Positions 1 to 8,230 of a stretch of DNA of 64,000 nucleotides are shown in pieces. This DNA is from Desulfatiglandales bacterium (GTDB taxonomy: Bacteria > Desulfobacterota > DSM-4660 > Desulfatiglandales > Desulfatiglandaceae). The notes under the pieces were generated by a model. That model had not been told where the DNA came from, searched no databases, and worked only from the letters and a program-made list of their open reading frames with translations. The stretch spans positions 1 to 64,000 of the forward strand of contig OY762721.1 in NCBI GenBank assembly GCA_963666345.1, in the 5' to 3' direction. The first letter of the stretch is position 1; each line of letters starts with the position of its first letter. Position numbers and translations under genes: made by a program.

Positions 1-2012
1 AGCGTAATATCCAGATAGATCTACTTGCGCAGGTCGCGGTGACGAAATTGATCGTTGATTCCATTCCCGAACAGTACGAGGTCTTTATTCAAAATTTTAA
101 AGAGATGATAAGAAAGCATGAAAAGGGATATAAGAGGAATCTGTCCGGAAAGAGCATGTGGATCGGAGATTCTAACTACAAAAAGGATCTACGTCAGGTA
201 ATAAGGCTTAAAGAGAGGATGTCGGACCTGAGACTAAAAAGAAAGTCAGTTTTACGAAAGGTTGGAAGAGAGATATCCTCATATCTGGAGGAGATTCAGA
301 AAGGTCATTTAAAAGCGATTCGAGAGGACAATTTCGGGACAAAGTCCGTTTTACCTGAAGAATTTCTCTTGAATCCGATTCTCTTTGCCGATCAATCTAT
401 TGATGACTTCTTTATGATTGAGGAATACGTCCTGTTAGGGCATCGTTTTGAAGAACCTAATCGATATGATACGGTCCTTTCCCTTTTAAAACAAATATTC
501 TCCAGAATACAGGGCAGCCCCGGGAGGGGGACGGTTGAAGAGACTGAGGGCGAAAACACGAACAGTCCTTGCTTAAACTTTGACGCGCTTATTGGAGAGG
601 TCGAAAACATAGATACCCTGGTCGATTTGTTCAGAAATAAAGAAAGAACAATTACGCTTAAAGAAAAACAGGGGAGTAAAGAGGAAATAAGGGATCTCAA
701 GGTTTTAATAAAGAAACAGAAACAGGTCCTCAATTTTATCTACCGGGAGTTTAAGAGGACAGGCCTTATAAAGAGGGTTTGCGGTTCTTACGAACTCCTT
801 CAGCATTATCAGCACTACTGCCCTCCAATGCCTCTTCAGCAGTTACTTCAGTATCTGGTGGACCCTTCTTCAAGAAAGATGATTACATCCAAGCTTAAAA
901 ACATGAAAAAACCTGACGGGAGGGAGATTCGGCAAGATTACCTGGATAAGATGGTTGGAAACCTTGATAAAATGGGTCCTAAACAAAAAAAGAAATTGCT
1001 GATCCGTTTTTTAAAAGACTTTGCCAGGTATCACAGGGATCTTAGAAACAGGGATATTTTGACCGGGGCCTTTGAGATGATAAATCTCACATCTGATGAG
1101 AAGGTAATGAAGCTTTCAAGTGCCAATAATACCCTTTATGAATTTTTGCTTGAAGATGAGACGGTTGAACGGGAAAAACCTGTCATGAATCATACTATAA
1201 TAAAGGCAGATGTGCGGGGATCAACTGAAATAACAAATCAGATGAAAAAACGGGGCCTAAATCCGGCATCCTACTTTAGTCTCAATTTTTTTGATCCTGT
1301 CACCGATGTCCTTTTCAAATATGGTGCTGCAAAAGTTTTCATAGAAGGTGATGCGCTTATCCTTTCCATCTGCGAAAAGCAGGACCGCGCGGAAAATTGG
1401 TACAGCGTGGCCCGTTCCTGCGGACTTGCGATAAATATGCTGTCTATAATAAAGAGATATAATGCAAACACTAAGAGGTACAATCTCCCCACTCTGGAAC
1501 TTGGTATAGGTATATGCTTTGATAATGCGCCTCCGGATTTTCTTTTCGATGGTGAAAAACGGATAATGATATCTCCGGCCATAAACCTGGCCGATCGACT
1601 TTCGGGATGCGAAAAATCTCTAAGAGTGTATTACGCGAAAAACAAAAGCCCCTTCAACGTGCATGTTTTTGAGCCATCCAGCGTGGTAGAATTCGAAGCA
1701 CCAACCGAGGACATGTTCATTCGCTATAATGTCAACGGCATAGAGCTGAACCGGTCAGGTTTTGAAAAACTATCCGGTGAAATAGATCTCAGGCGAACGG
1801 AGTGTTCCATTAAAGATATTCAAGAAGAAAAAGTGACAATTTACACCGGTAAATTTCCTACAGTGAACGGAAATCATCAAAGGCTCGTGATCCGGGAAGC
1901 TAAAGTAATGCGCTTTTCACCCGAGGAACTGAAGATTGAGGGGCAAACAGAAAGAAATTATTACGAGGTGAGCACTAATCCGAGACTTTATGAGTATGTA
2001 AAGGGCATCTGA
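1..2012 (+). CDS. Large protein with C-terminal class III nucleotide cyclase-like domain (5' truncated by window edge)
   Basis: Frame is open upstream of 39 to the window edge (RNIQIDLLAQVA). Cyclase motifs IKADVRGST, FIEGDA, LGIGI and INLADRLS. Confidence 0.75.
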   Translation, partial: RNIQIDLLAQVAVTKLIVDSIPEQYEVFIQNFKEMIRKHEKGYKRNLSGKSMWIGDSNYKKDLRQVIRLKERMSDLRLKRKSVLRKVGREISSYLEEIQKGHLKAIREDNFGTKSVLPEEFLLNPILFADQSIDDFFMIEEYVLLGHRFEEPNRYDTVLSLLKQIFSRIQGSPGRGTVEETEGENTNSPCLNFDALIGEVENIDTLVDLFRNKERTITLKEKQGSKEEIRDLKVLIKKQKQVLNFIYREFKRTGLIKRVCGSYELLQHYQHYCPPMPLQQLLQYLVDPSSRKMITSKLKNMKKPDGREIRQDYLDKMVGNLDKMGPKQKKKLLIRFLKDFARYHRDLRNRDILTGAFEMINLTSDEKVMKLSSANNTLYEFLLEDETVEREKPVMNHTIIKADVRGSTEITNQMKKRGLNPASYFSLNFFDPVTDVLFKYGAAKVFIEGDALILSICEKQDRAENWYSVARSCGLAINMLSIIKRYNANTKRYNLPTLELGIGICFDNAPPDFLFDGEKRIMISPAINLADRLSGCEKSLRVYYAKNKSPFNVHVFEPSSVVEFEAPTEDMFIRYNVNGIELNRSGFEKLSGEIDLRRTECSIKDIQEEKVTIYTGKFPTVNGNHQRLVIREAKVMRFSPEELKIEGQTERNYYEVSTNPRLYEYVKGI

Positions 2013-2203
2013 ATAGTTTCTGAAAGCGCTTCACCAGATTTTCCAATGAGCCTGTCCAAAAATGTTATCTTAGCCAGAAGGTGAAATCCCAACAAACCGA
2101 TCGGAAAAAGATCATGTCCCGTTAACGTGGCTTATGAAATGCACGAAGCTACTATGCCCTGATTTGAGAAAGAAGATCAGGGAAATAAAAGGAGGGTTAT
2201 TCT

Positions 2204-2794
2204 ATGGACACTAAAAATCCGAATAGAGAGGATGCATTGAGACTTCTTAGGCAATACAACAAGAGTGAGAGTCTTCTGAAACATGCCCTGGCTGTTGAGG
2301 GTGTCATGAGGTACTCTGCCAGAAAAAGGGGGGAAGACGAAGAAAAATGGGGGGTAGTCGGTCTGTTGCATGATCTGGACTATGAGATGTTCCCGGAAGA
2401 ACATTGCAGTAAAAGCGAAGATATATTGAAGGAGAACGGGTGGCCTGATGAGTACGTGCGTGCGGTTGTCAGTCATGGTTGGGGCATATGTTCTGATGTG
2501 GAACCTCAAAGCGAGATGGAAAAGGTCCTCTATGCCGTTGATGAACTAACAGGCCTTGTAGCCACCACCGCCCTTATCCGACCTTCGAAAAGCGTGATGG
2601 ACGTGAAGACAAAATCGGTAAAAAAGAAATGGAAGGACAAAAGGTTCGCGGCAGGTGTTGACAGATCAATCATAGAGAAGGGTGCCGAGATGCTCGGAAT
2701 AGATTTGGCGGACCTGATAAATGATACGATTATGGGCATGAGGGAAGTTGCGGAGGAAATAGGGCTGAAGGGAGTGTCGATTTCTGCTGATTGA
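2204..2794 (+). CDS. HD/HDIG-domain metal-dependent phosphohydrolase
   Basis: KHALAVE...GLLHDLDYE...SHG...AVDELTG motifs; AGGAGG RBS. Confidence 0.85.
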   Translation: MDTKNPNREDALRLLRQYNKSESLLKHALAVEGVMRYSARKRGEDEEKWGVVGLLHDLDYEMFPEEHCSKSEDILKENGWPDEYVRAVVSHGWGICSDVEPQSEMEKVLYAVDELTGLVATTALIRPSKSVMDVKTKSVKKKWKDKRFAAGVDRSIIEKGAEMLGIDLADLINDTIMGMREVAEEIGLKGVSISAD

Positions 2795-2889
2795 TAGTAT
2801 TGAAGCGATTGATCTGAAAGATATTATGTGATCATATGGTCAATAAATTATAATTTCACTACAATTATGGCTAAATTATAAAAAAAGAC

Positions 2890-2918
2890 TTGACAAACTA
2901 CAATATATACATTATCTG
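2890..2918 (+). promoter_or_regulatory. Sigma70-like promoter candidate
   Basis: Perfect TTGACA at 2890-2895 in AT-rich DNA; -10 box imperfect. Confidence 0.4.
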
Positions 2919-2924
2919 ATATAT

Positions 2925-3162
2925 ACGTAATATTATTATTGGTAAACTTCTCGGATGCACGTGCATCTTTTGGAGTATCTCCTAATCAATAATAATTAAG
3001 AGGATGACGCCAAAAAAACGACATTTCGGGAAGTTGTTTTAATGGAAAGTCAAAAGGTAAACTAACAGCAAAACATTCGGTGAATTCCTGTTGGCTGGTC
3101 AATTCTAAAAAAAATTGTGTATATGCAAGGGGCGGGATCCTTCATGGGTTCGCCCCTTTTTT
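2925..3162 (+). ncRNA. Candidate structured small RNA (no known family recognised)
   Basis: No credible ORF between the TTGACA box and an intrinsic terminator; hairpins at 2954-2967, 3015-3040 and 3062-3094. Confidence 0.35.
3127..3162 (+). terminator. Rho-independent terminator
   Basis: AAGGGGCG...CGCCCC stem followed by TTTTTT. Confidence 0.75.
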
Positions 3163-3445
3163 GTACGAAAACCTTTGATAAAACGATATCCCGCCTCCTA
3201 TGCATTTCACCTTATCTAACACCAAAAAGCGAAACAAAGAAATGCAGGTAATAGGCCTCAGCCGTTGCTCCCGGGTCGCTTGTATTTGAAGTTTTACCGC
3301 CGGGGGAAAGTAGGCGCAAAGCCTAAACCAGGCCTGAAGATATGCTTATGCGGCAGTGAATTTGGATCCCGTGCTTGCAAAAGCAGATGTTACCATGATA
3401 CCTTCGGCAGTCATAAAAATACCCACCCTGCAGGGAGAAATTTCA

Positions 3446-3907
3446 ATGAAGGAAATGATCAAACGCCTATTTTATGTAAGACGTGGAACAGTGAAAGCAG
3501 ACATGCAAAATGAAAAGAGTCTCGATCTTCGTGTTGCCTTATGTGCCCTTTTTGTGGAGATGTCGGTTATAGATGGTGAGTTCACAGAAAAAGAACGAAA
3601 TACCGTGATTTCGGTTTTAAAACAGGATTATGGATTGCCGGATGAATATGCCGATACATTGATAGCTTCCTCTGAAAGCGAGCTGGCAAAGAGCACGGAT
3701 TTATGGGGTTTTACCAGGCTCATAAATGAAGAGTGCACGGTTAAAGAAAAAGAACGCCTGATAGAGATGGCGTGGAAAATTGCATTTGCAGACGGTAGGC
3801 TTGAGGCACACGAGGACTATCTTATGCATAAACTGGCGAACCTGCTGCATATATCACACGGCAAACTGATGGCTGCCAAGCAAAAGGCAAAAAAAGCTGG
3901 CGGTTAA
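3446..3907 (+). CDS. TerB/DjlA-N-like family protein
   Basis: ALFVEMSVIDGEFTEKE and AWKIAFADGRLEAHEDYLMHKLANLL motifs; start moved to ATG 3446 after a GGGAGA RBS. Confidence 0.8.
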   Translation: MKEMIKRLFYVRRGTVKADMQNEKSLDLRVALCALFVEMSVIDGEFTEKERNTVISVLKQDYGLPDEYADTLIASSESELAKSTDLWGFTRLINEECTVKEKERLIEMAWKIAFADGRLEAHEDYLMHKLANLLHISHGKLMAAKQKAKKAGG

Positions 3908-3923
3908 TGAGGCAGGGACCAGT

Positions 3924-4850
3924 CTAGATGTTTTTTTTTGAATGTCTTTCATTTACCCATACTTGAAGGAGTGCCCACAGTTGCGAGATAATCATGCCGG
4001 AAAGCATCAGACAGCAGCCGGCAATCCCCCTAGGAGATAAGACTTCGCCCAGGATGAGCCATCCCCCAAGTGCCGCAAATGCACCTTCAAGGCTTAGGAT
4101 GATTGCAGCATGTGTCGGTTTGGACTTTGTCTGGGCAACTACTTGAAGTGTGTACCCGACGCCTACTGACAGGGCTCCACCATATATTAACGGGATGCTT
4201 GCATTAAATATGGAAACGATGGAGATATCTTCCAGGTAAAAGGCCGTAACAAGACTGAAAACAGAGCATGTGGCAAACTGCATAAAAGCCGTCAGTATCG
4301 GAGAACTCCTGGGAGAAATCCAGCCTATGAAAAGGACGTGAATCGCCCATAAAAAGGCTCCCGCCAATTGAAGAATGTCTCCAAAGGAGGTTGAAAAAGA
4401 TCCCTTTATACACAAGAGATAAAGCCCGAATGAGGCCAGTATCGCTCCCATCCAGTTGCCGGGGCCGGGCCGGGTTCCCAGAAAAATTCCGAGTATAGGC
4501 ACTATGATAACATAAAGGCCCGTTATGAACCCTGCATTGCCTGCGGTTGTGTATACCAGGCCTACCTGCTGGAAAGATGCTGCGGAAAAAAGTATAATTC
4601 CGGCGAAGATCCCGGCCAGAAATTTCATCCCGTTGTTAATGGGCGCAAAATCAGGGCTCTGTTGTATCGGCTTTTTTACTTCCTTAAAGAGCAACGGGAT
4701 AAGAACGAAGCTTCCGAGAGCAAAACGGATTCCGTTGAACAAATAAGGCCCTATATATTCCATGCCCGATCTCTGGGCAACAAAACCAAACCCCCAAATA
4801 AAGGCTGTGAGAAGTAGGAGGCAATCGTATTTTATTGTATTTTTTTCCAT
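3924..4850 (-). CDS. DMT/EamA family transporter
   Basis: ~10 TM segments; IWGFGFVAQ, AGFITGLYV and AAIILSLEGAFAALGGWLILGE motifs; alternative start 4892. Confidence 0.88.
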   Translation of the reverse strand: MEKNTIKYDCLLLLTAFIWGFGFVAQRSGMEYIGPYLFNGIRFALGSFVLIPLLFKEVKKPIQQSPDFAPINNGMKFLAGIFAGIILFSAASFQQVGLVYTTAGNAGFITGLYVIIVPILGIFLGTRPGPGNWMGAILASFGLYLLCIKGSFSTSFGDILQLAGAFLWAIHVLFIGWISPRSSPILTAFMQFATCSVFSLVTAFYLEDISIVSIFNASIPLIYGGALSVGVGYTLQVVAQTKSKPTHAAIILSLEGAFAALGGWLILGEVLSPRGIAGCCLMLSGMIISQLWALLQVWVNERHSKKNI

Positions 4851-5439
4851 GGTTAACCGCACTAATCGATCAAGGGTCCATGCAGTTTCCATTTAGAAAT
4901 CCAGAGGCCCTTGGTATAACAGGTATGATTCGGAATGAATTGTGAAAGCTTCATGTTCGATCTATAATGTTATCTTACGTGAAAATTAAAAGGTAACATA
5001 AATACAAGATTCCTTTCTCCATGTAAAGGTGTAACGATATCCCCTGATAAACCATCAAGAAGAGATTCGTGATCTATAGGGCATGCGCATCAGTCGTCGC
5101 TCCCGGGCGCCTTGCTGCAATATATTGCGATGCCGGAAGTCGAAATCTCAAGTCATGGTTGATTGTGCCTGAATCAGGTCATGGATTCGGGACATACCGA
5201 ACAGATCGTCTGATTAAGATATCGGTATGAAGGTAAGGGATGATGGAGTATTCGGAAGATGTGTCCATCCAGGTTCCCATCGGCAGGGGGAATTATCAGG
5301 TTGAGGAAATCGTGCTGAGAAATTAACTTGAAAAATCGGGATACCATTGAATAAATTACAGGCCTGATAATGAGACAGATCGGCGGGAGCCTTACTGGAG
5401 GCGGTGTTAGAATCATATTTTTTTGGTAGGTGAGATTTT

Positions 5440-6246
5440 ATGCTGTCCAAGATAATTTCTGGCGGGCAAACCGGTGTTGACAGGGCCGCGCTCGATGTCG
5501 CGATATCTTTTGGAATCGACCACGGCGGGTTCGTTCCAAAGGGGCGAAAGGCTGAGGATGGTGTTATTGCAACCGGTTATAATCTGACTGAACTTGATAC
5601 GAGAAGATATGCCGCAAGGACGGAGAAAAATGTTGCGCATTCAGATGGAACCCTCATAATATCCAGGGGAGGTCTTAAGGGTGGATCGAGGCTGACCCGC
5701 ACACTGGCTTTGAGTCATGAGAAACCATGGTTAAATCTTGATCTGGGAGCTATCGAATTACTGGCGGGGGCCGGTTCGGCGAGTTCATGGATCGATAAAA
5801 ACAGTATAGAGATATTGAATGTGGCGGGTCCAAGATCGAGCGAGGATCCCGGCATATACGGCGCAGCTGTCAAGGCGCTCAAGACCCTTTTATGCCTTAA
5901 TCTCGTGGGCATATCCATTTGTGATTCACTAGGTCGTTCAGATGCCTCTCTTTTTCCTCCAACAGGAATGGATAGAGCGGTTGACACCATTGAATCCAGG
6001 CTGTCATTGAGGGAAAAGGCCATCATTTCAAGATTAAATAAGGAGGATCTGGGCGTCCTGTACGGGGCCTTGGGAGAATATATCATATTGAACTTTAAAC
6101 TCGGTTCGGGAAACAGTGAGCTTCTGGAAGTCTGTCACGTAAGATCAGGTCAGGAGATGATAACGGAAATGGATGCATCGAAGATAATATTAGAGGCCCT
6201 TTGGGAAAGGATTCGGAAAACCTACCTTCTCAGGGTTGTAAAATAA
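5440..6246 (+). CDS. Putative molybdenum-carrier / circularly permuted YpsA SLOG protein with C-terminal helical domain
   Basis: KIISGGQTGVDRAALD, RTEKNV..SDGTL and LNVAGPRSS motifs. Confidence 0.8.
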   Translation: MLSKIISGGQTGVDRAALDVAISFGIDHGGFVPKGRKAEDGVIATGYNLTELDTRRYAARTEKNVAHSDGTLIISRGGLKGGSRLTRTLALSHEKPWLNLDLGAIELLAGAGSASSWIDKNSIEILNVAGPRSSEDPGIYGAAVKALKTLLCLNLVGISICDSLGRSDASLFPPTGMDRAVDTIESRLSLREKAIISRLNKEDLGVLYGALGEYIILNFKLGSGNSELLEVCHVRSGQEMITEMDASKIILEALWERIRKTYLLRVVK

Positions 6247-6250
6247 TGGA

Positions 6251-7306
6251 ATGTCAAGCTGTAATGATTACGGGGAAAACATGATGGGAGAAAATATCTC
6301 AGATACAGGTGAATTCGGGTTGATCAAAAGGATACATGACATTATCGATAAAAATGCCTCCCAAGGCCGTAAGGCATACCTGGGAATCGGCGATGACTGT
6401 GCCTCTTTCAGTCCAAAAGAGGGTTATCAGCTTCTTGTCACATGCGATTCGGTGGTTGAGGGGAGGCATTATCTGCCCCGGCATATTTCCGCCTATGACC
6501 TTGGAAGGAGGGCTATGGCGATTAACATCAGTGATATAGGGGCTATGGGGGGAGTTCCGGTACATTCGTTGGTTTCTCTGGGCCTCAAGGGAGATATGCC
6601 TACGGCCTATGTCGAAGACCTTTACATGGGATTTACCGAGGAGCTTAATCCCCTTGGCGCCTCAATTATAGGCGGGAATATAACAAAGTCGGATAATGTA
6701 TTCATAGATATAACCCTTATTGGTGAGGTCGAAGAGGATCTTATCTTGAAGCGATCAACGGCCAAAGCAGGTGATGCGATAATTGTCACCGGGTTTCCCG
6801 GTGAATCCGCGGCCGGGCTCAAGTTGCTTTTGAACTCCGAGTCTGGCGATGATACGTACAATAATGCCCTGGTAAGAAAATATAACCGGCCGGCGCATCG
6901 TGCAAGGGAGGGAAGGGCGGTTGCAATGAGCGGGTACGCAAACTGCATGATTGATATGAGTGACGGGTTTTTGGGAGATCTCGGTCATGTATGCGAACAG
7001 AGCCGCGTGGGAGCGGAAATAATAAGATCCAAGTTGCCCCTTAGCGTAGAGTTGAAAAAGGCCTCGGTTGTTTTGAATGAGGACTCTTATGAAATGTTTT
7101 TGAGTGAAAGTGATGATTATGAGCTGATAATAACCTGTCCGCCGGAAAATATAGATAAAATAAAAAAAACCATCCTTTCGGTCAGCGATATCCCGGTAAG
7201 TGAAGTTGGAAGGATTACGGAACATAAGGAGAATATATCTCTATTGCTGCCGGATGGTGTCAGAAGGGATCTTGTCTCCGTTGGATGGGATCATTTCAGT
7301 AAATAG
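6251..7306 (+). CDS. thiL: Thiamine-monophosphate kinase
   Basis: GEFGLI, GIGDDCA, NISDIGAMGG, IDMSDGF and C-terminal GWDHF motifs; start could be 6281. Confidence 0.9.
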   Translation: MSSCNDYGENMMGENISDTGEFGLIKRIHDIIDKNASQGRKAYLGIGDDCASFSPKEGYQLLVTCDSVVEGRHYLPRHISAYDLGRRAMAINISDIGAMGGVPVHSLVSLGLKGDMPTAYVEDLYMGFTEELNPLGASIIGGNITKSDNVFIDITLIGEVEEDLILKRSTAKAGDAIIVTGFPGESAAGLKLLLNSESGDDTYNNALVRKYNRPAHRAREGRAVAMSGYANCMIDMSDGFLGDLGHVCEQSRVGAEIIRSKLPLSVELKKASVVLNEDSYEMFLSESDDYELIITCPPENIDKIKKTILSVSDIPVSEVGRITEHKENISLLLPDGVRRDLVSVGWDHFSK

Positions 7307-7540
7307 CCGGTTTATAAAGATCATGCCAGGTACCTTTTGTATCGTTTAAGTGGTCAGACGGAAGGTGCCAAAGGACGATGTGATTTGATTATAAAGGGAA
7401 TTTCAGGGCGAAAACCCTTAGTCTGATTATGGGAAATGTAAAAAGCGCAAAAAAACATCGCAAAAAAATACAAAAAACAGTATCCTTAAAGAAAAAAGAT
7501 GCAATTTATCTAAATAAGGCAGTTTAAAGAGGATGGCGTT

Positions 7541-8230
7541 TTGAATTTGTCGAAGTTGGTTTGTCTTATGCTTATAGCTGCATTTTCCACGCTGCTGGTT
7601 GGCCAGGAAACAGTACCTGCGGCGGAGGAAGGAGATGTCTGCTTTTTCTGGGCCTTCGGAGCGATGGTTGGCCCCGAGGGCAATAGACACCTTGAGCCGA
7701 TTGAGCAGGACACGGTCCTCAGGAGCGGAGACCAGTTAAAATTGCTTATAGGCATAGAGAAACGATGTTATGTCTATCTCTTTTATAGGAACGCAAGGGG
7801 GGAAATCTCGCTCTTATTTCCAGATTCCTTCAGTCAGTTCAATTGCCCTTTCTACCCCAAAAATAATTATATCCCCGATGGTGAAATGTGGTTTGAACTT
7901 GACGATGATGTGGGTCTGGAGAAGTTTTACCTGCTGGCCTCTTTAAAAAGGTTGGCATCAATTGAGCGCCTATATTCTGAGTACATAACCGCTCCATCAA
8001 ACCGGAAAAAAGAGGTGGAAGGGCGATTTCTCAAAAGTATACGGTTGAAGCTAAAAGAGCAACTTGCTTTGGGGGGGGCAGCTGAAAGGGCCCTTAATAT
8101 CGGCGGCAGGGTGCGCGGATTGTCTAAAAGCACACGATCAGCCCCTTCCATCGAGTCATTAGCGAAAGAGATATGTGCACCTGACCTCTACTGTAAGACA
8201 TACACCATTGATCACAAGGAAAAGAAATAG
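7541..8230 (+). CDS. Exported DUF4384-like domain protein
   Basis: Signal-peptide-like N-terminus; LRSGDQLKL, YVYLF, LLFP, WFELDD..GLEKFYLLAS pattern. Confidence 0.7.
   Translation: MNLSKLVCLMLIAAFSTLLVGQETVPAAEEGDVCFFWAFGAMVGPEGNRHLEPIEQDTVLRSGDQLKLLIGIEKRCYVYLFYRNARGEISLLFPDSFSQFNCPFYPKNNYIPDGEMWFELDDDVGLEKFYLLASLKRLASIERLYSEYITAPSNRKKEVEGRFLKSIRLKLKEQLALGGAAERALNIGGRVRGLSKSTRSAPSIESLAKEICAPDLYCKTYTIDHKEKK

Noticed and set aside
2048..2065. TGAGCCTGTCCAAAAATG, resembling an IS terminal inverted repeat
   Set aside because: No partner repeat, target duplication or transposase seen in the window.
3005..3043. Mini-ORF MTPKKRHFGKLF inside the candidate sRNA
   Set aside because: The RBS-like GAGG abuts the ATG with no spacer; too short to support.
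3295..3360. GAAA...GGCGCAAAGCC...GGCCTGAAG, partly like a c-di-GMP-I riboswitch
   Set aside because: Lacks the GGCAAA entry motif and convincing P1/P2 stems; an Infernal search would be needed.
4900..5430. Short ORFs and TGA-interrupted frames in a long intergenic region
   Set aside because: No recognisable family, redox motif or SECIS-like hairpin.
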